The notes under the pieces are model-generated. The model did no database searches, was not told where the DNA came from, and was given only the letters and a program-made list of their open reading frames with translations. The position numbers and the translations under genes are program-made. A DNA stretch of 64,000 bases from NCBI GenBank assembly GCA_043228905.1, contig JBHGNT010000010.1, positions 15,748,001 to 15,812,000 of the forward strand, in the 5' to 3' direction. This DNA comes from Azolla caroliniana (Eukaryota; Plantae; Polypodiophyta). Shown in pieces: positions 34,885 to 47,920 of the stretch; position 1 is the first letter of the stretch, and each line of letters begins with the position of its first letter.

Positions 34885-34994
34885 AAAGGATTACTATATG
34901 ATCCAAGGGTTGTGGATGGCTAGAGAGGATTTGATCCTAGGGCCATGGTTTTTTATCTTAGAATGGGGAATCTGTGTTTGAACAAAAACACACA

Positions 34995-35028
<34 letters not shown>

Positions 35029-37579
35029 TCTCTCTCTCTCCAAGTGGATAAGGATTCAATGTCTTCATGTTTGATGAGTAGGAGAAAGAAAGAAAGGGGC
35101 AGAAAAAGGGGGCATCCAAACTTTTCCTCTTTTGTGGCCCCCCACTTCAAAAATCCATCCCTTTTGGCTCATGCTCAATTCTTAGAGCCAACATATCACT
35201 CTCGGCTCACGCTCGATCCCGCAGTTCCGAATCATTCCCCGGTCACACACATTGCATCCTATCGCACACATGTGTGCATGTTCATGCGTTCGTGTTCGTG
35301 TTTGTGTGTGTGTCCATGTGTGTGTGTGTGCGTGAGAGAGAGAGAGAGAGAGAGAGAGATCTGAGCGTGTGGGGAAGTGTTTGTTATGGATTGGTCAACG
35401 TTCCATGCTCCATTGAAAGAAAGGGAAAAAATAAAACCTATTACCTAAAACGAAACGTGCGAGACATACCACAAAAAGTAAATGTGTGAGAAATCAATGA
35501 AGTGCCATGTTCTTAGACATTCACAAAGATCAAACTCGATCCATGGAGATGCGTATTCCGACTTGGATTGCGCACGTTTGTTGCACACTTTGCCACAATG
35601 TGTTATGAGGAAAATCCCAACCCTTTGGGTTGAGGCAAATGAACATGTTAAAACATTTTTTGAGAAACAATTTTGTGCCAATGATTGTAGGAAATAAATA
35701 TTTGGGCATGATCTCAAGTAAAAACCTAAAGGTTGATAGAAATCAAAGTTTGAAGCCATGTATGTGGAGCAAATGGTTAATATCATGTTAAAAATAAGTA
35801 TTGGAGCCGGGAGGATTGTACGCGTGATCTAGACCTTAGAGTGTATTCCTTTTCTTTTGTACTAATAAATACAACCTAAACTCATCCCTTTCAGGCTAGG
35901 TATTAATCCATGTTGCCTTATTTAAAGAGAACTCTTGTATCCATATGTATAATTTAGTGGACTCAATTTGTAAGATTGTCATCAAAAGTCTCTTTTATGA
36001 TATGCACAAGGGAACACCATTTCTTGTCACTTTTCTAGGTGGAGGACAACAATTCATTTTATAAGGTGATGAATTTGTAGAGGCTAAAACCAATGGAGAT
36101 TCCCCGTATTCCATTGTTGGCATTTTCTATTGATATTGACACAATTTTTGTAAGGTGAAGTTATAGTTTGATCATTTTTATGGAAAAAAAGGTGAAGTTA
36201 TAGCGATATGCTTATTTTCTCAAATAACTACTAAACCCCAAGTGTTGCCAAATTCCAATACTACTTTGGCATCTACACACTTTCTCAAGTTATGTCCCCC
36301 ATAAGAACATGCAAAGATAATCCTGCAATCAAAGTTAGAACATAGAAAAACCTCGCCATTAATGATCATACATGCATGCCAAGCGTATCATATTGAGGAT
36401 GACCAAGATTTTCCATTGACTTAAAACACAACTACAACCCATGATTATATAGTACAATAACCTCAAACAACTTCTACCAAGCATACAAAATAAACCTCAT
36501 CTTTTATGGGCCTACATATGCTAACATTTCCAAGTATATATTATCACTTTGGGACCCACATGCTAATGATGACACTTCCACCTATGGTATGGTCTCTAGA
36601 GGAGATTGATGTTTTTCTATCTACCCTTTTTCTAATCACGCACTATTTAAGGCAGGTAATCAAAATCCGATTGCATATTTTTCAAAGAAATAACTTAAAG
36701 AAGTAGGAAAAACAAAATACCCAATGATGCATTCGTCTTTTGTGCTTATTAGAAGACTAAGCATCGTGAATGTCATGTAGGTAGACTAGCAGAATGTGGT
36801 GAAACGGATCCATGGAGTGAATTGGGAGAGAGAAGAGAGTGAGTGGATTTATTATGAGAAGTGATGAGGATAGTTCAAGAGAACGTGCATAAACAAGTGA
36901 GCTAGTGAATATGAGTTGATAAAGAGTGAAGCTTGCAAGTTTAAACCAATAAATGTAGAGTACAAGACTAAGTGGACGCAAGCCAAACACATCCAACGAG
37001 CCTATGTGCAACTTGTAGAATGGAGGAATGAATATAATACTATGATTAAATCCACTAATTCGTTTTAAGTTCCCGAGACCAACTAGGGTGAAAGCTCCCT
37101 TTTATACAATTAGGTATGCATTTCAGACTTTGCATTCCACCTTACAATCATAAACTTGGCAAGAACTCATCACTATGTCTTTGTTTTTGTTCTCAAATTG
37201 TGCATTGATTAATATTTTTCTCTCTCAAAAGGTAGTGAACTTAATCTTGATTAATAGATTTGATTTGAGGTTAATATTGACCTCTCTTTATCAAGATTAA
37301 TCTCTATATTTGATTTAAATTAACCTCTTTTGATATTTAATCGATCATTTGTTTATATTCAATTCGATGTTTAATTGATTGTTTAATGATATTCGGTTTG
37401 ACCTATCAATCATTCGTCAATATTCAATTCGGCCTAATCTTCAATCCATCATATACTGATATTCAAATCAATATTATTTATTTTTAATCAATTGTTGTAG
37501 TTCATTATTCAATGATTAGATATTTAACTAATTGTTTGTCAATATTTTATTTGATAAAATTTTCAATCAATTGTCAATA

Positions 37580-38888
37580 TGTGTGCAAGGATTTGTTGGA
37601 CTCGACGTATGCAGATGACACCATGCTCTATTTACTAGGCAATGATGTTAATTTACAGTAGGCCGAAAGACGGATTGAGTTATTTTGTAAAGCATCATGA
37701 GGGAAAATTTATTGGAACAAACGCAGAGGGTTCTGGGTAAGTCCAAACCCATGGTCGCTTTGGTGCCCTAATGCTGAATTTCAATGGGTCCCCAATGGAA
37801 TGGATGTTAAATATTTGGGCTTTTTAGTGGGAGTTGAGATTCAAAAAACTCAGCAACTTGAGCAAGTGAAAGACAAAATTAGAAAAAAGCTTTAGTTATG
37901 GGCATCGGTAAAGCTTTCCTTTGCAGGTAAAGTGGTTGTGGTAAACCACTTTTTGCTAGCCACCATGTGGCACTCGTTGGCATTCTGGATGTTAGATAAA
38001 GCATGCATCAAAAACATTAAGGCAATAGTGAGAGGGTTCCTTTGGTCAGGTAGAGTCCATTAGACAACACCAGTTAAAGTGGCGTGGAGTTGTTTGATCA
38101 AGGCGAAAAATCGGGGTGGACTTGGGTTGGTGGATCCGGTTCACCAAAGTAAGGCTTTACTTGGTAAGCTCCTGGTGCGAAGTCTACAATCCGGACCAGA
38201 ATTGTGGAAGTTGCTTCTTAGGGATAGAACTAAACTCTAGTGCCCGAGGAATGGCGGCCCTTGGAAGGCAACGAAGTGGTGCTTGTTTAGACCAGGCCTA
38301 AAGTTAAAAGAACCGACTAGCATGGAGGACAAGGTGGCCCACACCATCCTGACAACCTGGTCAAGTTTAATAGAAGGGTTGGTCTTAATGCGGCCGAAAA
38401 TGATGGAGGAACGGCTCCGACAACCGCAGTTTTCGAACCCCATGATATGAAGCGAAGATGGTATGATGCTTGGCCAGAAAAAATAGTTGCCACGGGGGCA
38501 GATGTTAGGGTAGAACAGTAGTTCAGTAAGAGACTTGGAGGTTTTCAAAATGATGAGGAGGGTCAGGCTAGTAGTACTTTGTTTACTGGTAGGCTGGAAA
38601 AGGTGACCCAGTTGATAGATAAGGTTGTTGATGGTCTAGCTAGGTTGAATCACGAAGAGGGGGTCTGGTTTGGGTGGTTTGTAGGTGAGGGTGATACACA
38701 AATTATTTGTGGCAAGTGCCCATCTAATTAGTATCGTTTGTGGGGCAACCTGAGTGCTTTGATAGACAATGGTCAGTGGTTGGTAGTGCAGGTGGTAGTG
38801 TTGGAAGGTAAAAAGTGGCAAGTAAACCCAAACCTTGGGAAGATGGAAATTGATTGTAAACTCTGGATATTTGACAACAAGCCCTTAT
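37580..38888 (+). mobile_element. Decayed L1-clade LINE ORF2 fragment from a second family, cut by Copia-D
   Basis: YADDTMLYL, VKYLGFLVG, LSFAGKVVVVNHFLLA, RGFLWSG and VAWSCL...GGLGLVDP, with internal stops. Confidence 0.85.
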
Positions 38889-41113
38889 TGATAGAAATAG
38901 TGCTCAAACATACGATGGAAGAAATAATCAGAAAACGGAAATAAGACAAAACAGAATATTAACGTGGAAACCCTAATCAGGGAAAACCACGAGAGTTCTC
39001 TTACTCCGAACAGGATCACTATAGAGGAGGGGTACAACAGAATGAGGCTTAGAGGCAACGACCTCGAGCTCCGTATCTTCGCCTTCAGGCGGTTACAATA
39101 GAACCAGATTCAGTTTCTCTCTCTCTCTCTCTCTCACTCACTCTCACACTATTTCCACCATAAAACAGTGTTGCCCTAGTTACATTTATACATGTATACT
39201 TTTGGGGCTATTTACAAATATGACCTGAAACAGTCACATCGGAACATATACATAAACTAATGTCTAACTAGATACCAATCGGATCCATCCGATCAAGTTT
39301 CCGGATATCATTCGAATCCATCCAGTTCGGTCCTTTCCTTTGGCTCGTCTGGTAGTCATTCGGATCCCATCCTGAGGGACCTGTTTCCCAACAAACTCCC
39401 CCTTCACTCCGGCACGGGATGTCTCGTCAGTCTGATCCTTCTCCGGCACACTTCAAACTTATCGGCTGACAACACCTTGGTCAGCATGTTCGACCCGTTC
39501 TCCTCCGTGTGTATCTTTGTCAGCAAAAATTCTTTATCTTCTACTTTCTCTCAGAGCTAGTGGTATCTCCTCTAGATGTGCTTGGTCCGGGAATGGTAGG
39601 CCGCGTTCTTCGTGACGTGGATCGCACATTCACTATCGCAATAGAGCCGGAATTCCTCCTGTCAGATCCCTAGCTCTTCGATGAAGTCCTTCATTCAGAT
39701 TACCTCTTTGTTGGCTTCTACAGCTGCCATGCCATGTATTCCGCTTCCATGGTTGATAGTGCAACGGACTTTTGCAGCCTCGACTGCCACGATACGGCTC
39801 CCCTTGCATATGTCATAATGTATCTGGATGTAGACCGGTTGGTATCTGCATCAGCGAACATGTCTGAATCCGTAAAGCCTTCCAGTTGGGGATTACTTGA
39901 GCCGAATCAGAGGCACATGTTTGAGGCACCTTTCAGATACCGGAGGATCCACTTGACGGCAACCCGATGCTCTCTTCCCGGATTGCTCATAAACCGGCTT
40001 ACCACTCCGATGACATATCCGATATCCGGCCGAGTACACACCATTGCGTACATCAAGCTTCCGATGGTAGAGGAATATGGTATCTTCATCATCTCTGAAT
40101 TCTCGGCCTTTGTCTTTGAGCTCTGCTTCACGGAGAGCTTGACATAGTTTGCTGGAAGGGTTGACCCGACCGGCTTAGCATCTGACATACTGAATCGTTG
40201 GAGCACCTTCGTCACACACTTCTCTTGTGACATCCACAATAGCTTCTTCGTCCGGTCTCGGACTATGTGCATCCCCAATAAATGTCTCGCCAGATCCAGA
40301 TCTTTCATTGAGAAGGTCTGGTTCAAGGCCTTCTTCAGATTTCCGATTTTGATTTGGTCCGGTTCGACGATCAACATGTCATCCACATACAACAGGAGTA
40401 TCAAGAAGTTTCCTTCGTCAAATTTCTTGACAAATACGCAGTGGTCGGTCTATGTCTTGTGGTATCCTTGGTCGCTCATGAAGGAGCTTGCTTCAGACCG
40501 TATAAGCTCTTCTTCAAGCGGCACACCAAGTGCTTCTTCCCTTTCTTGACAAATCCCTCCCATTGTTGCATGTAGATCTCTTCTTCGAAGTCAATGTGTA
40601 GGAACAATGTCTTGACGTCTAGTTGCTTGACCTCGAGGTCCATGCTTGCCACTATGCTCAACACAGTTTGGATGGATGTCATTTTTACTACCGGGGCAAA
40701 GATCTCGTCGAAATCCACACCCTTCTTCTGCTGGAACCCTTTCACCACAATCTGAGCTTTGTATCTCGGTGGATTTCTGGCATCTCCCAATTTCAGCTTG
40801 TACACCCACTTGTTCCAAAGCGCTCTCTTTCCTTTTGGCAGCTCCGTCAATTCATATGTGTGGTTCTCATGTAGGGAATCCATCTCGTCTTGCATGACAC
40901 TTAACCACTTACGGTTGTGGGTGTCTTTCTTTGCTTCTTCAAAGCTTTTCGGCTCCCAGTCGTCGGTCAATAAGACATGCTCTGCATCCGGAAATCTTCG
41001 GGGGCCCTTCTCTCTCTTAGAGGGTATCTATGTCCTTGGTTTTCGACCACCGGTTCCTCCGTCTGTTCTTCATTTGAATCCGGTTCGAGGTCTTGTCCGG
41101 TTTTGTTGTTTGT
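38889..41113 (-). mobile_element. Copia-D: 3' half of a decayed Tnt1/Tork-like Copia (3' LTR 38889-39393, PPT, RNase H, RT)
   Basis: TG...CA LTR followed by PPT complement AACTCCCCCT. ORFs carry LPKGKRALWNKWVYKLK, LKKSLYGLKQAP, LLLYVDDMLIV and GSLMYAMVCTRPDI. Confidence 0.88.
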
Positions 41114-41479
41114 TGTTAGAGTATGGAGGACAAGTGGGGGACGAGTCGGGAACAAATATTAAAATTAGTTATTAGTGATAATTATAATAGGAACGAACGG
41201 ATTCGGAATAGTTGCACTGATTCGGATCCGGATTGATACGTAGCTCCGTATGGGACAATTTTGTAATCAGAACCAAATGCCTATAAAAAGATTTGGACAG
41301 CAATGTAATAGAGACGGAAGTAATATACGTTTGATTTGGATTTCCGAATTGTGTATCTTGTTTACTACCGTCTGTGCTTAATCTTCTATCTTACGCATGT
41401 TAATCAAATAGTGCTATGGTGTGGTTCCGTAATCGATCCGGGAATAGTCGGGTCAGAATCATATCTGTGCCGGCTAACA
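41114..41479. mobile_element. Solo-type LTR without a matching TSD
   Basis: Termini TGTTAG...CTAACA with an internal TATA-like CCTATAAAA. Flanks TTTGT and TCCTA differ, and no PBS or PPT is adjacent. Confidence 0.6.
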
Positions 41480-42774
41480 TCCTACCTGTAACCACCCCTT
41501 TGATGAAGTGATCCGGAAGGACACCTTATGTTTGTGGCTAGTATGGCCTAGGATAAACACTATTTTAGCTTCAACAATGGCAAATCCCCCTTTGAAAGAA
41601 GCCAATGAATAGACGCAGTGGAAGTCTACGAGAGTGCGAGAAATCGAATCGACAATGTGCGACAAATGGCGATCACAATGTACGAGATGAAGTCGAGGAA
41701 TGAGACGGCAAGGACGATCTGCGAGAAATGGTGACGGTGATTGGAAGTAGTCGAGGAATGCGACATGGTGATGATGATGTGCAAGAGGAAGTCGCAGAAT
41801 GAAACGCTATGGAAGTATGTCGAAGAGAATGCGAAATGGAATCAACTAGAGTGTGAGAATGGCAATGCACTCTTGCCAGACAGTGGCCGAGGAGTGGCCG
41901 GGGAATGGCAGGACAACGGCAAAAGAATGGTCGGATAGCGACGGACGAGCGGCCGGACAGCAGCCAAAATGGCGACACCATCAGAGACGGCGTTGGAGAT
42001 GCCGTTCCTCCCCATTCACCGAAATACCAAAACACAGCCAAGAAGATGAAGGAAGAAAGAGAAAGAAAGAAGAAAACAAGAAGCGGATGAAGGAAGAAGA
42101 AAGCACGCGAGAAGCAGAAACAGAGAAGAGAAGAAAGAGAGAGAAAGAAGAGAAGAGAGACAACGACATAGGAAGGAAACGAGAATTCATGGGAAAAAGA
42201 GAGACAAGAGAGGGAAGAAAGAAAAACCGGTGAATAACGATAGAAAGAAAAATGAAAGAAGAACGAGATGGTGATTGATATTGGGAGAAATGATATGTAA
42301 ATAGATTAGAGAGGAGCCAAAAACGAGACAGAGAAGAATGCGAAACGAGAGGGGCATTTGAAGAAAATTTAAGAAATTTGAGGGCATTTAAACATATTAC
42401 ATAAGGGAATGTGAGAATATTTTAATAACATGAGGGCATAATAACAAATTTTCAAAAACACGAGGGTACATACTACAAGTTTCAAAACCCAAGCCCACCG
42501 ACAAAATTTTGCACACTCATCAACATGGAGGAAATGGATGAGATCGACTCACAATTACTGACAAAACGAAAGGAAAAACACACATACACAGCGTGATTTT
42601 GGACCCATGATGAAGTTCGTGAATCGACAAAACGGGAATGTTCGTGTCGATGAAGATTCGCTAACCGAAGGAGATGTTCGAGCCAAGCGTTCCGACCGAG
42701 AGAGTATTCATCATCAATCCATCATCGCTAACCATTTCCATCTTCATTACTATCATAACCCTAACCCTAACCCT

Positions 42775-45085
42775 ATAACACATTGTTTGTCGAAACGATC
42801 GCAAACTCTCTTAACCACTGCCTAGTCGGTCGCGAAGCCCTCGTCTATCTCCAAGAAGAAACCCACCTTTTCGTGATCGAGCAAGTCGACCGACTTCACA
42901 AACAACAGGACCTTGCCCGTGTCGAGCACGGTCTGATCTAGTGTCGAGAGTTGCACCAACCACCTTTCGAACTCCAGAAACAGTGCCAACGTATTTCGTC
43001 CCTTGCCGGGGGTCTCAACCAATCCATAAATTCCTTCTTCGTCAGTCGGAGCGAGTCATCGAAGCTGTACCTTTCAAGGAGCCGCCCCTAGAATTATGCC
43101 TAGGTACGGTAGTCTGCTTGCACCCCGAGCACCTCGGCATGGATACTCGACGTAACGACGCCTCGAGGTAGCTTGTTGCGTCTTTGCCATTGAATCGGCC
43201 AATCGCGCCGACTATTGCTTCAATGGCTCTGTCAAGGGTACTTGTACCCTCCTGTGCGTTCCCTATGCGATCGACGGCTTCCACAATCGCCTCTGCGAGT
43301 TCGCTTCCTCTCCTTTTGAACTTCTCTACTGCCCCCAATTCACGTCAGGTTCACCAAAGATGTCACGGAATTCCACGTGTATGTGTCGAAGACGGGGGTC
43401 TCGAACCAAGGAGTCGGTGGGAGTAGGAAGGTCGTCCCTTTATCTACGCCGGATCGGTGTCCGATCACGTATCTGACCCGAATGCCGGACAGCTAGCGCA
43501 CGGGTTCAGAGATGTGTGTTCTTCCGGTCAGGTCGTCAGATGACAGGCAGCGACCACATGGGCTTAGGACTCGGATAAACGTTGTCGCATTGTCTTGTCA
43601 CCGAAATTGGCATGTCCGGGCAGAACCGCTAGGGTTCTGAACCAGAAGAGTGAGAATAAGAAGGAAGAGAAGAGTGGGAAGTCGAGGCGAAAATATCCCA
43701 ATAGCCACGAGTAGCTTGCGGCCCTACCCGTGAAGATGAAAATTTTTATATCATTCCACTGACATAACCAATTTAAGAGTGCATGCACAAATTAGAAAGC
43801 CCTTACAAAGAGCTTTCCAACGAGCCATAGATGGTAAAAAACGGACGTCGGCATTGAGAGTTATGAAGAAAATACCATACAAAGGTATTCCTTAAACACA
43901 AAAAAAGAAAGAATGCCAAAATAGAAAATCTCCATTTCCTCGAGAGAAAACCCTTTACAAAACCCTTCTTCCTTGAAAGAGTACATCACGCAAGACAGAG
44001 AGAGGGAGAAGCTCGGTAGTCAAACCGACAACACTTCGTCCTCCAAAACGTAGATCCCTAAAATAGGATCCAGTCTCCCCTTTTATTATAGCACAAGGGG
44101 AGACCGTTACATCGTGATCAGTGTCAGAGATCACCTCCCCCCCCCCCCCCCCCACCCCCCGACTTCCACCATCACCTCTCCTAGTTCGCTTCCTCTCATT
44201 TCGAACTCCTCTATCGCCGCCAATTCATGTTGAGTTCATCAAAGATGCGGAACTCCGCGTGTATGTGTCGAAGTAAGGCAGGACCACAGGTCGCTCGGAC
44301 CAAAGAACCGGTGGGAGTAGGAAGGTCATCCCGATATCTACGCTGGATCGGTGTCCGTTCAAGTATCTGGCCCGGATGCCGAACTGCTAGTTCGCTTCCT
44401 CTCATTTCGAATTCCTCTATCGCTCCCAATTCACGTCGGGTTCACCAAAGATGTCGCGGAATTCCACGTGTATGTGTCGACGTAGGGCAGGACCACGGGG
44501 GTCTCAGACCAAGGACCGGTAGGAGTAGGAAGGTCGTCCTGATATCTACGTCAGATCGGTGTCTGGTCACGTATCCAGCCCGGATGCCGAACAACTAGCG
44601 CACAACTTCAGAGATGTGTGTTGTTCCGGCCCGGCCGTTGGATGACAGGCAGCGACCACACGGGCTCAGGACTTAGGTAAACATGAGCGACAGATGGAGA
44701 CAAGATGGAGGTGCATGCTCAACACAAAGAGAACACTCATATACAATGAAAATGAAATAGATTAAACAAGACAGGAATACAACCGAACTCGGCCGGTGTT
44801 AGAGCCGCGTGCTCTCGAGACACGCACACACACACACAGGAACACAAAATGATGAACCTCTGGTCGAGAGCTCACGGGCTTCCTGCGCGAGCAAAGGCTT
44901 CACCTTCTTCCTCAAAAGAGTACATCATGCAAGACAGAGAGAGGGAGAAACTCGGAACTCAAACCGACAACAGTTCGTCCTCCAAAACGTGGATCCCTAA
45001 AACAGGCTCCAACCTCCCCTTTTATAGCACAAGGGGAGACCGTTACATCTTGATCAGTGTCAGAGATCTCCCCCCCCCCCCCCCC
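42775..45085 (-). mobile_element. Three head-to-tail remnants (LTR 3' part, tRNA-Trp PBS, gag start) of a decayed member of the Trp-primed Gypsy family
   Basis: PBS complement CACGTC(A/G)GGTTCACCA near 43341-43356 and 44432-44447, with a degenerate copy near 44226. LTR termini at 43361 and 44452. Gag fragments GSELAEAIVEAVDRI...FNGKDATSYLEA and GKVLLFVKSVD are homologous to 52255-54408. Confidence 0.8.
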
Positions 45086-45457
45086 TATTTTCTCACATCA
45101 AATCCCCAAATCCTCTCTATCGGTGCGGTTCTTTAAAGTGCCCATTAAATCCTACTCCCTAGTACTCACTAGTCCTATGGTATTTACATATCTTTGTACA
45201 TAACACTTAATTTGTGTGCATCTGTGCACACATATTCACGCACATACGGCTATGTTTCTTCCTATGGCCAGAATCCTTCACGACAACATGCCTCGAGAGC
45301 ACTATGTGATTGCTGAAGTTCGGAATTCTCGTGCAAAGTAGAATTAAGGAAATTTTGTATTTGTAAAAAATATGACTCAATGGGGATCGGCCCAGAAGGG
45401 TTTCCTTGAATTCCTTCCGCTTGGGCAGAGGACATCGAGTCGTTATTCTGAGCCATT

Positions 45458-45960
45458 TGTGAAAGATAATGTGTAGAAGCTTAGAACATAAACGAAGGTT
45501 TTATGGAAGCTTAAGAATACACAGGACAAGGGAGAGACAAAGAAAGTAGAATAACATGAACTCAATTCAAAATAAAAACACTTTGTACATACAATGTGCT
45601 TCAGAACACATTTTATACAAGTCCTTAGAAGGACTGACAGAAGTAGTAACAAGTACTTCAATGCTCACACAAGCGACTAACACTAACTCCAAGGAATTTG
45701 CCTATGTATTAGGCCAAGATTGTAGACCTCTAACGGCCTACCGGTTACCATCTCATCTGTCTCTTCGATCCGGATACCGATCCGGATACCGATCCGGCTC
45801 CGGCTTATTCAGTCGATCCGGATCCAGGTGAGCTTGTTCCCTCAACACTCCCCCTCAAGCTCAACTTGAGGTCAGATCGCTGAGTTAGTGTTTGCCGAAC
45901 CTTGTAGTCGGCTTCTTCTAGCGTCTTCTCACCTCATTCGCGCTCCTCGACCCGTCCCGT
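45458..45960 (-). mobile_element. 3' LTR (45458-45847), PPT and 3' internal stub of a Copia-B-related element
   Basis: Shares blocks with the Copia-B LTR (GGACTGACAGAAGTA, GTACTTCAATGCTCACAC, CCGGCTCCGGCTTATTCAG) and the junction CTCAACA|CTCCCCCTCAAGCTCAAC. Confidence 0.85.
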
Positions 45961-47920
45961 TGTCGAGGAAATCCTCGCGTGTTGGTGAAATGAAGCGAGA
46001 CCACCGGGGTCCTGGACCGAATGGATTCGAAGGTTGTACTGGCTTTAACGCGAAAGTATTTAAGATAGATATAAAGAGATTGAGAGACGGAGATTCCAAC
46101 TATGAGACAGATTGAAAGAGAAGATACCAATTATGAGACAGATTGAGAGAGAAGATACATCACCAATAAGATAGCTAGAATTTTTGCCCCCATGCATATG
46201 ATGCATGTGAGGGTGCAGGACATGCAGGTAATGCATGAAATGCATGCGATGCATGTTTGCTATTTGGCGCTCATGCATTACATGTGATGCATGATAACCA
46301 TGTCACTCATACAAGCTCTCATGTTTTAGAATTACATGTGAAAAAGTATAATGATGAAAATACAACTTTTAAAGAAATGACTTGGCTTAATGGTAAGTCA
46401 ATTGTGTTATGTAAGATTGTCCCTCCTTGTGAGGAAGTCAACTAAAAAGCCAAAATGAGAGTCGGCTAGCCGAAATCGGGCAAAAATCCGAAACAAGAGT
46501 TTGTTGGCCGAAATTGACCAAAAAGCCAAAATGAGAGTGAGTTGGCTGAAATCGACCAAAAATACCAAAATGGGAGTCGATGGAATCGAAGTCAACTGAA
46601 TAGAAGTTTGAAAGAATACACAAATACATATATATATACATAGTCGTATATTTGTGTGAGATAAGCTAGTATTTATATAGAGAGAGTCGTATTAGTTGCA
46701 TATATATGTGGGATAACTCACAGAGAAAAAATAGTAAGAGAAGCGTGAAAGTGAACCCTTCTTGGTTTTCTCCTTTCCATGTGATTTTCACATTGTTGCC
46801 GAAAATCTTCACGACATCCACCCCCACCAAACCGCACATCCTCCGGTACGTGCCAAGAAGAGAGTGCGAGATTTTGGTTACGGTGATCAATCTAATTCCT
46901 CCACATCCTCGTTGACCTACTATCTTTATTGTTGAGGTCATCGAGGTGAGGACCCTCATCTTGTCTTTTCTTGAAGATCTTTACTCTTTTCTCTGCAATC
47001 GGTATGGTCAACCTTGATCCGTCTAGCTCCGCAAGGTGGTAGGTGGCATTGTCGTTGGCACTCGTCACCACATACGGTCTGAACCACCTTCTTGCGAACT
47101 TTCTTGTTGTCCTGTGTTGATTGTCAAGACTGTTGTCGTAGACCAATACCCAATCTCCTTCTTCGATTTTCTTGGGACGCAATCGATGTGTCTTATTGAA
47201 CCGAATCTTGGTCTTCACTCGGGCTGCCTCCATTATCTTTTGCGTAGTTTCTAGATCTTTAGGCCTTCTTTTGAGCTGCCTTATTCGTGCCGCTAGTAAT
47301 TCTCTTCGAGTTATCTCGTTCTCCTATGGTATTGCTACCCAAGAGGCAATCATCTTTTTGATGGGCATTACCAGGGTCTGCCCATACATAAGCTCTATTG
47401 GCATATACCTTGTCCCAGAACTGTGTGTAGTTATGTCGGCCCACAAGGCATAGGGCAATAGTCGCAGCCAGTTCCCGACTTGACCGTCACATGCTCGTAT
47501 GAAGACATTGACTATTGGTCCATGCCCTCGCTCGATCTTCCCATTTTCTTCCGGATTGTAGGTAGTCGTGAGGGAGAGCTTCACGTCTAGTCGCTCGAAG
47601 AGCTCCATGCTTCGCGTATGTCTAGCTCCCCTCAGCCAACCACTATCTTTCCTACACATCCATATCGACAGACTTTCTTGGAGTAGAAATCTGCAAATGG
47701 CTGATGTCGTCTTATTTGCCAAGGCTTGTCCTTCTACCTGATTTGTCAGGTCTTCTCTTGCCAGTACCAAGTACTTCATCTGACCCACTCCCATTGGCAT
47801 CGAGACCAGCGTATGTCTACACTTTCTTCGAGTAGAAATCTGCAAACGGCTGACGTCGTCTTATTTGCCAAGGCTTGTCCTTCTACCTGATTTGTCAGGT
47901 CTTCTCTTGCCAGTACCAAA
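45961..47920 (-). mobile_element. Old Gypsy remnant: 3' LTR (45961-46816), PPT and decayed integrase
   Basis: LTR termini TGTCGAG...CACGACA; PPT complement TCCACCCCCACCAAAC; integrase fragments LVLAREDLTNQVEG and RLRPKKIEEGDWVLVYD homologous to 48776-52132. Confidence 0.85.

Noticed and set aside
41673-42387. Purine-rich low-complexity ORFs
   Set aside because: Compositional artefacts of GA-rich sequence with no domain evidence.
42757-42776. AACCCT repeats as an interstitial telomere
   Set aside because: Only three units; telo-box-like motifs are common in plant TEs and promoters.
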